Source of the DNA: an uncultured Clostridia bacterium
GTDB lineage: Bacteria; Bacillota; Clostridia; TANB77; CAG-508
DNA: 64,000 nucleotides
Reading direction: 5' to 3'
Assembly (NCBI GenBank): GCA_934121925.1
Contig: CAKOVK010000003.1
Coordinates: 6,118-70,117, forward strand
This document shows, piece after piece, positions 27,236 to 36,892 of the stretch. The notes beneath the pieces were generated by a model. The model saw only the letters and a program-made list of their open reading frames with translations. It ran no database searches and had not been told where the DNA came from. Numbering within the stretch: position 1 is the first letter of the stretch; each line of letters starts with the position of its first letter. The translations under genes were made by a program, and so were the position numbers.

Positions 27236-28414
27236 CTAAGCTCCTGGTGTTTCAGTATTTGTTGTTACTGTCCCCTTTACACTTGTTTCTACAGTTCCAA
27301 TAACTTTTACAGGAGCAACATATTCCTCTAATTTTGTTACATCAAAAACGAAAGCTGTGTTATCATCTGTTGCCCTACCATTTGCATATCCTTTTCCTAT
27401 AACAACATCAGCATCATCTAGTGCTTTTACTTCTTCATAATTTTTTATTCCAAAATTTGATAATCCCATTGTATATTTTTTAGGAATTACTAAAGCTGCT
27501 TTTCCTTCTGGATTATTAGCAGAGCTTTTAACAACAAGGTTTTTGTATGAGCTTATCATTCTTCCTTCAGCATCATATATTGCAGGTGCAACATAATCTG
27601 CTTCATCATTTGGATGGCAAATTAAAACTAATTTATCAAATGTCCTTTTACCATTTCTTGATAAGTATTTTTTTGCAGCTGCTAGTCCCTTTGGAGTAAA
27701 GTTAGTTAATGTTGTATTAACTGTTTTATCTTTTTGTGTTTTATCTGAATTTGCTGCAGAAATTTGTTTATAAATTCCTATAGGTTGTTTAACCCCATTT
27801 CCTTGTAAATATCCATATTCTAATCCATCATTTAAAGCTTCTTTTAGTATAGCTGTAAAATATTTATCTACAAATGGCAACGATAAGTCGCTGATTCCTT
27901 TTGGTATTACTAAATAAACTGAAAGTTTATTTACATCCATATTTAATGTTTCAAACTCTGCACTTAATTCTCCAGTAATGCTGTCAGTTAATGCACCCCA
28001 TGCATAAGTACCACTTTTTTCTGCTACGATCCATTTTTTAACATCTGCTGGAGTAAAGTTTACGTCTGATAGTATTCCGCTATCTTTTTTAACGTCTTCC
28101 ATTGTCACATCAATAATTGAAGTTGGAAGTATATCAATTTGATTAGCTGTTATTGCTTGTTTTACATCTTTTAAAGCTGTATAAAAATCTTTTTCTTCTT
28201 TTGATAATTTTCTTAAGCCTAATGTTTTTGCATAATTAGCATCACTTTCTGCTTTGTTTGCTTGTTCTTGAATTTCTGATATTAAATCTTCATATTGAAC
28301 TGACACAATTTTGTCCATAGCTTCAATAACTGCTTGTGATTTGTCCTCTGTTTCTTGAAGAATTTTTAAAGCATCTTCTCTAGCTTGTTTCATTTTTGTT
28401 TCATTAATTTTCAT
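27236..28414 (-). CDS. major capsid protein, HK97 family
   Basis: 392 aa with an N-terminal delta-like coiled coil. Follows the ClpP-type prohead protease. Confidence 0.85.
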   Translation of the reverse strand: MKINETKMKQAREDALKILQETEDKSQAVIEAMDKIVSVQYEDLISEIQEQANKAESDANYAKTLGLRKLSKEEKDFYTALKDVKQAITANQIDILPTSIIDVTMEDVKKDSGILSDVNFTPADVKKWIVAEKSGTYAWGALTDSITGELSAEFETLNMDVNKLSVYLVIPKGISDLSLPFVDKYFTAILKEALNDGLEYGYLQGNGVKQPIGIYKQISAANSDKTQKDKTVNTTLTNFTPKGLAAAKKYLSRNGKRTFDKLVLICHPNDEADYVAPAIYDAEGRMISSYKNLVVKSSANNPEGKAALVIPKKYTMGLSNFGIKNYEEVKALDDADVVIGKGYANGRATDDNTAFVFDVTKLEEYVAPVKVIGTVETSVKGTVTTNTETPGA

Positions 28415-28434
28415 AATTTTTTACCTACCTTTTT

Positions 28435-29244
28435 TTAATTTTTTGTATTAAAAAAAGATGCCCATGCATCTTCTTTAATCGGTTTTTCTTGATGTGTATC
28501 TAATAGCTCTTTAGTTTTTTCGCCTTCTTTAGTTAGGCTTTGAACTATGCTATTAGCAACATTTTCTGATATTTCTTTTATTGTTTCTTCATTAAGTTCA
28601 ACTTTTTGTTTTTTATCTTGTTCCTTTATTTTATTAACAAGATTGAATATAGCTTTATTAGCATATTGATTAATGGTATTATCTTCTTCTGTTTCTATTA
28701 ATTCATCTGCAAATCCCTTATCTAAACATTCTTGGGCTGTCAAATAAGTTTCATCAGACAATAATTTTTCTAGTTCTTCTTCTGTAATTTTAATTTTAGA
28801 CAAATATGCTGCTTTATAAGCCTCTTTAACTTTGTCCATATCATCTGCAGTTTTTCTTAATTCCTCTGCATTTCCTAGAACACAAGTCCAGCAATTATGT
28901 ATCATCATTAATGATGTTTTTGGCATATATACTTTATTTCCAGCCATAGCAATAATAGATGCTGATGAAGCAGCAATTCCATCTATATATACATTAATTT
29001 GTGATTTTAAGCTCTTTAATAAATTATAAATTGCTAAAGCTTGAAATGTTTCCCCTCCACAAGAATTTATATGAACATTTAATTCTGAGATTTCTCCCAG
29101 TTCCTCAAGTTCTTTTTTAAAGCCCCAAGCCGAAACATCATTTTCAAACCATTCATAAGATGTTATATCTCCATAAATATAAACATTTGCACTATTCTCG
29201 CTTTCTTTTTCAAAACTGTAAAATTTATTCTTCACTTCCTGCAC
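28435..29244 (-). CDS. ClpP-like prohead (head maturation) protease
   Basis: INSCGGETFQALAIYNLL...IDGIAASSASIIAMAG...MMIHN, a ClpP serine-protease signature. Confidence 0.85.
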   Translation of the reverse strand: MQEVKNKFYSFEKESENSANVYIYGDITSYEWFENDVSAWGFKKELEELGEISELNVHINSCGGETFQALAIYNLLKSLKSQINVYIDGIAASSASIIAMAGNKVYMPKTSLMMIHNCWTCVLGNAEELRKTADDMDKVKEAYKAAYLSKIKITEEELEKLLSDETYLTAQECLDKGFADELIETEEDNTINQYANKAIFNLVNKIKEQDKKQKVELNEETIKEISENVANSIVQSLTKEGEKTKELLDTHQEKPIKEDAWASFFNTKN

Positions 29245-30400
29245 CTCCCTTCACATTTTCATAATTTTTTGTAAGGGCGTGTTCATTTGCCCAATCCTCA
29301 TCTATATAAGGTAATCTTAAAAACTTATTTATTTCATTTCTGCTAAATTTATTTGCTGTCAGTTTATCAATGCCAGTTCCGCAATCTAAAACATCTCTAT
29401 GAGAAATTGTGCTTCTGTTAAATTTTACATATTCACCTTTTAAATAACTTTGTTTTCCTACGAGAGATATGTTAAAACCATCTTCTATTAGTTCATAATA
29501 CAAATCCACTCCAAAAGTTATAAAATTATTCGTGCCATTTGATTTGTCTGTAAAATCGCCAAAAAAAACATCTAATGGAATTTTCCATTTTTGAGCTACT
29601 GTTTTGCTTATTCTCAAAAATGTATTTTCAAAATCCGTTAGATTTTTCTGGTTGTTTTCATTCAGATTTGTTAAATCGAACATTTCAGATAGCAATACCA
29701 CTGCATCATCTTCTTTAAATAATCCATCTGTTATTCTTTCTTTATAATCTTTCAAATCTAATTGTTGTCCAGTTTCTGCATCCATCAACATTGGTTGTCC
29801 ACCAGGCTTTTTCAGTTTCCATTTTCCTGTATTTGCTTTTATAAAGCTGCCTTGTGCTGCTTTCAGTATTTTTCCTGTATTTCGTTTAAAATCTTCACCT
29901 GCTGTTTTTAGCAAATTATTATTTAAGCAAAAATAAATAGTATTATCTGTTGTGTATTTCTTTGTAGCACTTATAGAATTTCCTTCTGCATCTGATATCA
30001 TTATGTCTGTAAATACTTTTTCTTTTAAAACTTTATCGCTAATGTTAAATTCATCTGCAACATATAAATACTCATTGTTAGAGCCATTTATTAAAACAAG
30101 TGCTGAACCATTAATTAACAATTTACAAACTAATTTATATAAAAAACTCGTTCCATTTTCATTAAAATTAGGCTGTATATTTAATGTCCAATACAAATTC
30201 CCTCTGTTTTCTTCAATTTTATTTTTTTTCATTTCAAAAGTTTGTATTTCTGTTTTAGCAATAGTGCTTGCTATTAAATCTATTGCATGAGCCTCTGCTA
30301 TTGTATATATATAATTTTCTAAATCGTTTTTTCCAAACAGTACTTCTAATATATTTACATATTCTCCTTTGTCATTCTTAAATATTTTATCTAGAAACAT
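29225..30400 (-). CDS. portal protein (HK97 family)
   Basis: 391 aa between TerL and the protease. Confidence 0.8.
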   Translation of the reverse strand: MFLDKIFKNDKGEYVNILEVLFGKNDLENYIYTIAEAHAIDLIASTIAKTEIQTFEMKKNKIEENRGNLYWTLNIQPNFNENGTSFLYKLVCKLLINGSALVLINGSNNEYLYVADEFNISDKVLKEKVFTDIMISDAEGNSISATKKYTTDNTIYFCLNNNLLKTAGEDFKRNTGKILKAAQGSFIKANTGKWKLKKPGGQPMLMDAETGQQLDLKDYKERITDGLFKEDDAVVLLSEMFDLTNLNENNQKNLTDFENTFLRISKTVAQKWKIPLDVFFGDFTDKSNGTNNFITFGVDLYYELIEDGFNISLVGKQSYLKGEYVKFNRSTISHRDVLDCGTGIDKLTANKFSRNEINKFLRLPYIDEDWANEHALTKNYENVKGGAGSEE

Positions 30401-30411
30401 TACTTCACCAC

Positions 30412-32133
30412 CTAAACATAAATAATTTCTTCATCTAAAAGTTCCTGAACACTCATTGCTGCTACAAAAGCCATAAAAGGATCATTCTTCCTTAATTTTG
30501 GCTCTATTTTTTCATATTTTTTGTTTCCATCTTTTCCTGTTTTTACACAAGTATTATTTATTGCCCATCTCATAATTGAGCTATTTCCTATATTTACTTT
30601 ACCTTCTGCAAATGCAACTTCAATGCGGGGAGCAACTATTGCTGCAATACTTGCAGGATATCTTATCATTCTTACCAATCCATAAGGATTATCTTTTGTT
30701 TCAACTGATACTCCCATTTCTTTAAAAATTTGTTCTAATAATTTATATCTATATGTATCTAATACAATTTTTTTAACATTATATTTACTCATTTCTGATA
30801 GAATCCACATTATCATTTCTCTTGCGTCTATACTTTCTTTGTTTGTTATTTCAAAATCATTAAATCCATCTTGTCCAATATTTTGAAAAGGAAATTTAAT
30901 ATCATTATAGAATTTATTTTTAGAACAAATCCAAGTTCTTTGCCTCCAAATATATTCTCCATCTCTTTTAAACAGAAAACCTGCACTTGCAAAGTCATTT
31001 AATGATGCAAAGTCAATTCCTACTATTGCTGTTCTTCCTTTTATTTCTCCTGTTGGTCTTTCAATTTCTTTTTCCTCATCAATATAAGATGCTTTCAAAA
31101 TTAGCTCCCACTCAACAACAGTTTCTTCATTATCTTGTTGTGGCAAATTCATCCTTTTCGCATAAAATTCTACTCTGTATGATTTTTGCTTTTGCATTTT
31201 CAAATAATCTTTAATAATTTCATTTTCTAAAATAGGCATAAATCTCAAACTAGGATTAGCCTGAACCCAAGCAGTTATATCTATGTCTTCTTTCTGTCCA
31301 GTTTCTAAAAATTTCTTCATTGGTTCATCAACTGTTTTTTTGTCCTGTATTTTATATATAATTGGTAATAATCCTAAAAAATTTTGTTCACCATTCAATA
31401 CATTGTTTGCTAAAGCTATTTTTTCATCAAGTGGGCCTTCCCTTACCTGTCCATTTGTTGTAATTGTAACGGTTCTTGCATGTTTAATTTTTCCTAATCC
31501 AGAGCTATATACATTAATTTGTTTATAATCTTCATACGCATGATATTCGTTAAATATAATCATTCCTGTTTGCTTACCATCTTTTGTTTTAGCATTTGCC
31601 GTGTTGTATCTTAATGTAGAATGAGTTGTTTTATTAATTATTTCTGTCTTATTCCAATAGAAGTATTTTCTCATTGTTTTTTTGTTGTCTTCTAACATGT
31701 TGTAAACAACATTAAATGAATTTAAAGCTTGTTCTTCTGATGTTGCAACAATATCAATGTGATAATTCTTAATTCCATAATAATGAGTCTGCAAAAAGTT
31801 TGCTAATGGCATTATCATTCCATCTTTTCCATTTCCTCTGGCCATTAATATTAAGATATCTGGAAAGATAACTATATCCAAATTGTTCTTGTCATACATA
31901 AAAAATAAAGCATAAGCAAATTTTTGATAAGGAAATAATTTGTAATACCATTTTTCACAATATAATATTGCTTTTTTGAAAGTTTCTTCGTCAAAAAAAA
32001 CATCATCTCTCGACAATGTTGGCTTTACAATATTTTTAATTAACAATTTAATTTCATCATCTGTTTCATTCGGATTATCTTCAACAAATTTTATATATTC
32101 ATTTATTTCATTACAGTAAATCATCTCCTCCAC
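30412..32133 (-). CDS. terminase large subunit
   Basis: 573 aa. ATPase N-terminal part (LILMARGNGKDG) and nuclease C-terminal part. Confidence 0.85.
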   Translation of the reverse strand: MEEMIYCNEINEYIKFVEDNPNETDDEIKLLIKNIVKPTLSRDDVFFDEETFKKAILYCEKWYYKLFPYQKFAYALFFMYDKNNLDIVIFPDILILMARGNGKDGMIMPLANFLQTHYYGIKNYHIDIVATSEEQALNSFNVVYNMLEDNKKTMRKYFYWNKTEIINKTTHSTLRYNTANAKTKDGKQTGMIIFNEYHAYEDYKQINVYSSGLGKIKHARTVTITTNGQVREGPLDEKIALANNVLNGEQNFLGLLPIIYKIQDKKTVDEPMKKFLETGQKEDIDITAWVQANPSLRFMPILENEIIKDYLKMQKQKSYRVEFYAKRMNLPQQDNEETVVEWELILKASYIDEEKEIERPTGEIKGRTAIVGIDFASLNDFASAGFLFKRDGEYIWRQRTWICSKNKFYNDIKFPFQNIGQDGFNDFEITNKESIDAREMIMWILSEMSKYNVKKIVLDTYRYKLLEQIFKEMGVSVETKDNPYGLVRMIRYPASIAAIVAPRIEVAFAEGKVNIGNSSIMRWAINNTCVKTGKDGNKKYEKIEPKLRKNDPFMAFVAAMSVQELLDEEIIYV

Positions 32134-32584
32134 CTTCTTCTTCAGGTGCTTTCAAATCTAATTCCTGCAAAATTTTTAGCATTTGTCCATTTACCTTTAA
32201 AAGATTTTGTACGCTCTCATTAGGCTTGTCCGTTGTATATCCATTTCCTGTCATAGAACTGTATCTTAAGCCTTTAATTTTAATGTCATATTGCAATTCT
32301 TCTTTTAAACTCACAAGAAAAATGTAATCTTCTATCATATCATCGAATTGCTCACCAAATTTGTTTTGATTTGTTAATTGTTCTTTTAGCGCTTCTCTTA
32401 TTGTGTCTGCTTTTTCATTTACTATTTTTTGTCTTTTCTGTTTTTCTATTTGCTGTTTTCTTTTATTTTTTTCATTCTCTGTTAAAGCTTTTACAACTTT
32501 TTCTACATTTTTTACTTGTTTTTCCATCTCTTTCTCTTTATTTTCAATAGTTTTGTTTGTTTTTTTCTTAGTTGGCACATTCAT
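32111..32584 (-). CDS. terminase small subunit (P27-like)
   Basis: 157 aa, basic N-terminus. Overlaps the TerL start. SD GGGGGG. Confidence 0.65.
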   Translation of the reverse strand: MNVPTKKKTNKTIENKEKEMEKQVKNVEKVVKALTENEKNKRKQQIEKQKRQKIVNEKADTIREALKEQLTNQNKFGEQFDDMIEDYIFLVSLKEELQYDIKIKGLRYSSMTGNGYTTDKPNESVQNLLKVNGQMLKILQELDLKAPEEEGGGDDLL

Positions 32585-32717
32585 ACCCCCCTTTCACGTG
32601 AAGAATCGATTTTTTTGAACAGTTTGCACCACACACCCGCTCTCCTTAAGCTTGTTTTAGTCCGAGATTTTGACGGGGGTGCTTTGTTTACATAAATTTA
32701 TTTTTCCGCTTCTATTT

Positions 32718-32912
32718 TCATAATAATTCTATATTCTCTTTAAAATCTTTTGCATATTTTTTATTCAATGTATTAGTACAGTACTCTTTATTACAATTAA
32801 CCTTAAGGCATTCTTTGTTATTATCTTTATCGCATTTATACAATACTTCTGTCTTTCCATTTTCATATTCAAATATAGTTGCTTTGTATATTGCTTTGAC
32901 TTTATCTTTCAT
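32718..32912 (-). CDS. hypothetical Cys-rich small protein
   Basis: 64-aa ORF in the late operon. Confidence 0.4.
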   Translation of the reverse strand: MKDKVKAIYKATIFEYENGKTEVLYKCDKDNNKECLKVNCNKEYCTNTLNKKYAKDFKENIELL

Positions 32913-33360
32913 TAGATTTTACTCCTTCATTTATACTTAAGCATAGTAATCCGCTTACTACTTCTATTCTATATTCATATTCTAAATGTTTTATTTGTTT
33001 ACCTTTCTGAAATGTATTGTCAAATAATCCTAAACTTTGTAATATCATATTACATTCTTTTTGAGGTATATTAGATAATAACATTATTGTATTTCGCATA
33101 ACTCTTATAACTTTAACTGCATGACTTATTTGCTCATCGACTTTAAAACTACTTGTTAAACAATTAAAGAACATTTTCATTGCCACTACTATTTCTTCAT
33201 TGTCTAGTAAATAACTTGCAGATATTCCATTGCCAAAACTAATTACCCCAGCTCTTTCTTTATTATTTAAACCTGTTGCTTCGTTTTCTTCTTTTAGTTC
33301 CGCTTCTATTCCATTAATCTTATATGCCTGCATTAAATGTTCTAGCTTCATAATTACCAC
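32902..33360 (-). CDS. hypothetical protein
   Basis: 152-aa ORF, overlapping starts and stops with neighbours. Confidence 0.45.
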   Translation of the reverse strand: MVIMKLEHLMQAYKINGIEAELKEENEATGLNNKERAGVISFGNGISASYLLDNEEIVVAMKMFFNCLTSSFKVDEQISHAVKVIRVMRNTIMLLSNIPQKECNMILQSLGLFDNTFQKGKQIKHLEYEYRIEVVSGLLCLSINEGVKSNER

Positions 33361-33722
33361 CTCTCCTGTGTAATCCTCTTTCTTTTTCTATATCTAAATC
33401 TATTTCGATCTTCTATAATCTCATGTGCTTCAAAACTTAAACTTACCATGTTGTTAATATCTAATGCTAAATCAGGTCTTTGTTTAATTGGTATAATATG
33501 ATGTACTATTTCTGCTTTTGTTATTTTGATTTTATTTGGAAAATGTTTGCCATCATTCCATTTGCCTAAAAAAAATTGACACGTATTTTTATCTCTTTTT
33601 AGCACTTGCTCTCTAACTATATCAAAATCTGTAGAGTTATAAAATTTATCAGTATTTCCTTTTGCTATTTCTAACTCCCAATTATAATATTTTCTCCTCT
33701 TCCTTCTCTTTTTCAAATCCAC
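33354..33722 (-). CDS. HNH endonuclease (packaging-associated)
   Basis: CQFF...HHIIPIKQRPDLALDINNMVSLSFEAHEIIE. Typical HNH gene upstream of a P27-type TerS in cos phages. Confidence 0.8.
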   Translation of the reverse strand: MDLKKRRKRRKYYNWELEIAKGNTDKFYNSTDFDIVREQVLKRDKNTCQFFLGKWNDGKHFPNKIKITKAEIVHHIIPIKQRPDLALDINNMVSLSFEAHEIIEDRNRFRYRKRKRITQERW

Positions 33723-33966
33723 TACACTTCTTATATATTCCCTTCTCTTTATCTATTACACTTTGTATTTTGTTTTTACATGAGTTTATACATTCACAAC
33801 ATGCATTGTTTTTGTTAAGTCTTAATTTGTTTCCACATTTTGTACATTTATATAGATTACTTGCTGTTTCTTTTTTTATTAATATGTAATTATGTTCGCA
33901 ACCGTAACATTTTACTTGTTCTGGACACTCTTTGCATTTGTATTTTAGACATAATTCACTTACCAT
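33682..33966 (-). CDS. Cys-rich zinc-finger-like protein, first gene of the late operon
   Basis: 94 aa with several CxxC pairs (CKEC, CYGC, CTKC, CCEC). Confidence 0.45.
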   Translation of the reverse strand: MVSELCLKYKCKECPEQVKCYGCEHNYILIKKETASNLYKCTKCGNKLRLNKNNACCECINSCKNKIQSVIDKEKGIYKKCSGFEKEKEEEKIL

Positions 33967-34213
33967 TTCCTTTTATTCCTTTGTTTTATTAATATAAACA
34001 CTACGTAACAATACATGTATCATAGCGAGTTAGTCTTATTTGCTCGCTTCAATGTCATTCCGACAACAAGACTAAATGATTTTTTATATTGCTACGTACT
34101 ATTTATACGAGTATAACTAGAATCACTCATAATAAATTTATTTTAGGAGAGCAATTTTAATTTATAAAAAGGAGAAACATCAACTATCTAGTATCATTGA
34201 TTATATGAAAGCA

Positions 34214-34239
34214 TGAAAAAAGAGCTATTTTCTAGCTCT
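34214..34239 (-). terminator. terminator upstream of the late-operon leader
   Basis: AGAGCTA-ttttc-TAGCTCT hairpin followed on the minus strand by TTTTTT. Confidence 0.55.
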
Positions 34240-34314
34240 TGAACTTATATTCACTTTTTCACAATACAATTATAACACGGTTTTTTTATAAAAAAAGGGC
34301 AAAAAAAGGGCAAT

Positions 34315-34485
34315 TTATTTTTTTAAATATTTTTTTGCATTATTAGTAATCCATTCTGCTATTGATATTCCTTCTTCTTTTAGTTTTGCTTTTAGTTCTG
34401 TTCCTAGTTCTTTATCGATATTTCCTCTTACTTCTTCATATTTATTCTTTTTCCATGCGTTTTCTTTTTTATAATCTCTTGACAT
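34315..34485 (-). CDS. small hypothetical protein (56 aa), possibly ribbon-helix-helix-like
   Basis: ATG after AAGGGAAGTG. Translates MSRDYKKENAWKKNKYEEVRGNIDKELGTELKAKLKEEGISIAEWITNNAKKYLKK. Confidence 0.4.
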   Translation of the reverse strand: MSRDYKKENAWKKNKYEEVRGNIDKELGTELKAKLKEEGISIAEWITNNAKKYLKK

Positions 34486-34547
34486 ATTATCACTTCCCTT
34501 TTATAATATTTGCAAAGAGGGAATTGCACTTCCCTCTCTACTATGGC

Positions 34548-34667
34548 TTACTTTTGTGCTTGTCGTTCTTGATTTAATTTGTATAAGTACATTTCAGTTT
34601 GCCATTTGTCGACTTTCTTTATGAAGGTCGGCTCTTTTTGTTTTTTTAATAATTTCTTTAGTATCAT
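34548..34667 (-). CDS. small hypothetical protein (39 aa)
   Basis: ATG after AGGGGTGAGAAA. Translates MILKKLLKKQKEPTFIKKVDKWQTEMYLYKLNQERQAQK. Confidence 0.3.
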   Translation of the reverse strand: MILKKLLKKQKEPTFIKKVDKWQTEMYLYKLNQERQAQK

Positions 34668-34750
34668 TTTCTCACCCCTTTCCTCTTGGTATGTATATAT
34701 TATACACTACTGTGCGTAGTATGTCAATGCTTTTTTAAACTTTTTTTAAA

Positions 34751-34779
34751 AAACTTACAGCCTTTACGGTTGTAAGTTT
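34751..34779. terminator. terminator after the RinA-like gene
   Basis: AAACTTACAGCC / GGTTGTAAGTTT stem flanked by A and T runs. Confidence 0.55.
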
Positions 34780-35193
34780 TCTTTTATTTTATTTAATTCT
34801 TTATGTACTGTATATATAAGTTTTCTTTTTCTTCTTTTATAAACATCTTCACTTATATTAAGCTTATCTATTATGTTCCATTTGTTTTCTTCGCCGCTTC
34901 TGATATTCCTCTTCAAATATATCGTTTGCTATTGAATCTACTAACAGCAGTGCTTGAATAACTGCTTTATATTCTCTAATTGATTTTTGTAATTCTTCAT
35001 TTTCTTCTAACTTTATTACTTTATTTAAAGTATTATCTCCAACCGAATATGGAGCTTTGGGTAATCCATCACATGGTGCTACACTTATATTTAATATATC
35101 TCTTTGAATATTTATTATATTAATACAATTATAATTATATCTTTTTAAGCAGCCTTTTGCTTCTCTATATTCTTCTTTACTTAATCTTCCCAT
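34764..35193 (-). CDS. late-gene transcriptional activator (RinA/ArpU-like), frame interrupted at in-frame CGG 34896
   Basis: The N-terminal part is track ORF 34864..35193. The HTH part (GEENKWNIIDKLNISEDVYKRRKRKLIYTVHKELNKIKENLQP) continues in the +1 frame to the stop at 34764. The joined protein is about 142 aa, like RinA. Conventional annotation would call it a pseudogene. Confidence 0.6.
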
Positions 35194-35208
35194 GTTTTCC
35201 TCCTTCGT

Positions 35209-35349
35209 TTATAAATGCAACCCTGCATTTATTTTTCTATCTCTTATTTGTTTAGTTGTAAATCCTAAATCCCAATATTGAAAACATTCTCTTCTTCCGT
35301 ATTCATCTTCATATAGTACATGATTAGGATATTCTTTTACTTTTTTCAT
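35209..35349 (-). CDS. small hypothetical protein (46 aa)
   Basis: ORF MKKVKEYPNHVLYEDEYGRRECFQYWDLGFTTKQIRDRKINAGLHL. The SD spacing is poor. Confidence 0.25.
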   Translation of the reverse strand: MKKVKEYPNHVLYEDEYGRRECFQYWDLGFTTKQIRDRKINAGLHL

Positions 35350-35353
35350 ACCT

Positions 35354-35674
35354 CTAAAATTCTCTGGTACTTCCATTATCTTTTGTCTCCTTTACTTTCT
35401 TATAAAAATATTCTTTTATGCAGTCTTCACATTCTCTGTCCACATCATCGTCACATACTTCATATAAGCAGTCATAATATCCTAACGAGTAAATATGTTT
35501 TGCCATTGAATCTACTATTTTACTTAATGTTTTATTTGATTTTGTAAGTTCTTTATTCGCTTTTTGCAGTTTTTCTATTAATTTTAATACTATTTTTGCT
35601 TCTTCTGCTGATAAAGTTCCATGAATTGTATAAGCAAATTCTTTTAAACTTTTAATGGCTTTTTTATTATTCAT
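35354..35674 (-). CDS. hypothetical early protein
   Basis: 106-aa ORF, SD GGAGG. Confidence 0.5.
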   Translation of the reverse strand: MNNKKAIKSLKEFAYTIHGTLSAEEAKIVLKLIEKLQKANKELTKSNKTLSKIVDSMAKHIYSLGYYDCLYEVCDDDVDRECEDCIKEYFYKKVKETKDNGSTREF

Positions 35675-35677
35675 AAA

Positions 35678-35830
35678 TTAAGCCTCCTTCTTTTTTCTTT
35701 TAAAACATATTAGTTTTACTGGTTCTATATAAATCTCAGACTTATAACAAGCAAACATATTATCAGTTCTAAATAAATGTTTACAGTCTTTGCAACGCTT
35801 CCTTTTTAATTTTTTAAATGGACCTTTCAT
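35678..35830 (-). CDS. small Cys-containing hypothetical protein (50 aa)
   Basis: ATG after AAGGAG. Translates MKGPFKKLKRKRCKDCKHLF... Tightly packed between neighbours. Confidence 0.4.
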   Translation of the reverse strand: MKGPFKKLKRKRCKDCKHLFRTDNMFACYKSEIYIEPVKLICFKRKKKEA

Positions 35831-35831
35831 T

Positions 35832-36206
35832 CTATTTCTCCTTTTCTAACATCTCTTCTAAAACTTTTATCTGTTCTAATAAATCACTGCCACCCCAATA
35901 GCCTTTCTCGTCTGTCAGCTCTTCTACTTTCTTTTTTAATTCTTTTATTTTATCTTTTATTTTTTGAATTGGAATACTATTATTTACATATTCATCTAAT
36001 TCATCTCTTATAATACATTTTTTACAGTTTTCTTTTATTTCTTCATTCTCCTTTAATACTCTTTTATAATCTAATAGAATATGTTGCTCACATCTATTTC
36101 TTTCTAACATACACTCTTCTTTCTCATATCTACCGCATATATTACATTTATTAGTAGAACATAATTCTAGTCTTTCTATGTCTTCTTTTATACTATTTTC
36201 TTTCAC
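35832..36206 (-). CDS. hypothetical early protein (Cys-rich N-terminus, coiled-coil C-terminus)
   Basis: 124 aa. GTG start in a GTGA overlap with the upstream stop. Confidence 0.5.
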   Translation of the reverse strand: MKENSIKEDIERLELCSTNKCNICGRYEKEECMLERNRCEQHILLDYKRVLKENEEIKENCKKCIIRDELDEYVNNSIPIQKIKDKIKELKKKVEELTDEKGYWGGSDLLEQIKVLEEMLEKEK

Positions 36207-36616
36207 TTAATCATCTCCCTAATTCTCTTATTTAATATTTTGCTTTCTCTTATTATGTCTTGTTCTATTTCACTTTCTATATATTTTTTAGTGTTCCAGT
36301 TATCTTCTTCTATTAATTGCATTCTTTCTAAACTATCTAATATATCAATTAACCATTCTTCTGTTACCGTTCTATCTTTCAGCTTTAATGCATACACTTG
36401 CCTTTGAATATTCCATAACATATATCTTTTTCCTATTACTTTTAATGCTTCATCTTTTTCAGTTATTTCATCTTGTAAATCCTTAATTTCCTCTTCTACT
36501 TCTGCTATTTCTTCTCTTATGTCTAAATCATCTGCTCCTACATCTAATCTAGCTTGTTGTGTTTGATATAGTTCTTCTAGTCTTTGTTTTAACTCTTCTA
36601 TACTATTCTCTTTCAC
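36203..36616 (-). CDS. hypothetical early protein (acidic coiled coil)
   Basis: 137 aa. GTG start, with the same MKENSIE N-terminus as the next gene. Confidence 0.5.
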   Translation of the reverse strand: MKENSIEELKQRLEELYQTQQARLDVGADDLDIREEIAEVEEEIKDLQDEITEKDEALKVIGKRYMLWNIQRQVYALKLKDRTVTEEWLIDILDSLERMQLIEEDNWNTKKYIESEIEQDIIRESKILNKRIREMIK

Positions 36617-36892
36617 TTAAAACACCTCGATTTCTTCTGCTTTTTCTATACTAACAGTTTCACAAACTTTTAAATTAAAGAATGTAAATTCTCCTGTTTG
36701 ATAATCTATTTTTAAATCTACTTCACACATTGTTTGTTTTAAACATTCAAATATCCATAAAGGTAATTTAATGTATTTAGGGTAATTATGATACTTTGAT
36801 ATATAATCATGTATTCTATTATTAACAATACATTGTAGTTCCAAATATTCAATACTATCTTTAGTTGTTCTTTTATTTATTTTTTTCTCCAC
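36617..36892 (-). CDS. hypothetical early protein
   Basis: 91-aa ORF. Confidence 0.45.
   Translation of the reverse strand: MEKKINKRTTKDSIEYLELQCIVNNRIHDYISKYHNYPKYIKLPLWIFECLKQTMCEVDLKIDYQTGEFTFFNLKVCETVSIEKAEEIEVF

Noticed and set aside
32585-32717. The relatively GC-rich spacer upstream of TerS as a defined cos site or small gene.
   Set aside because: The position is plausible for cos in an HNH/P27-terminase phage, but I cannot define the ends from sequence alone. The short ORFs there lack support.
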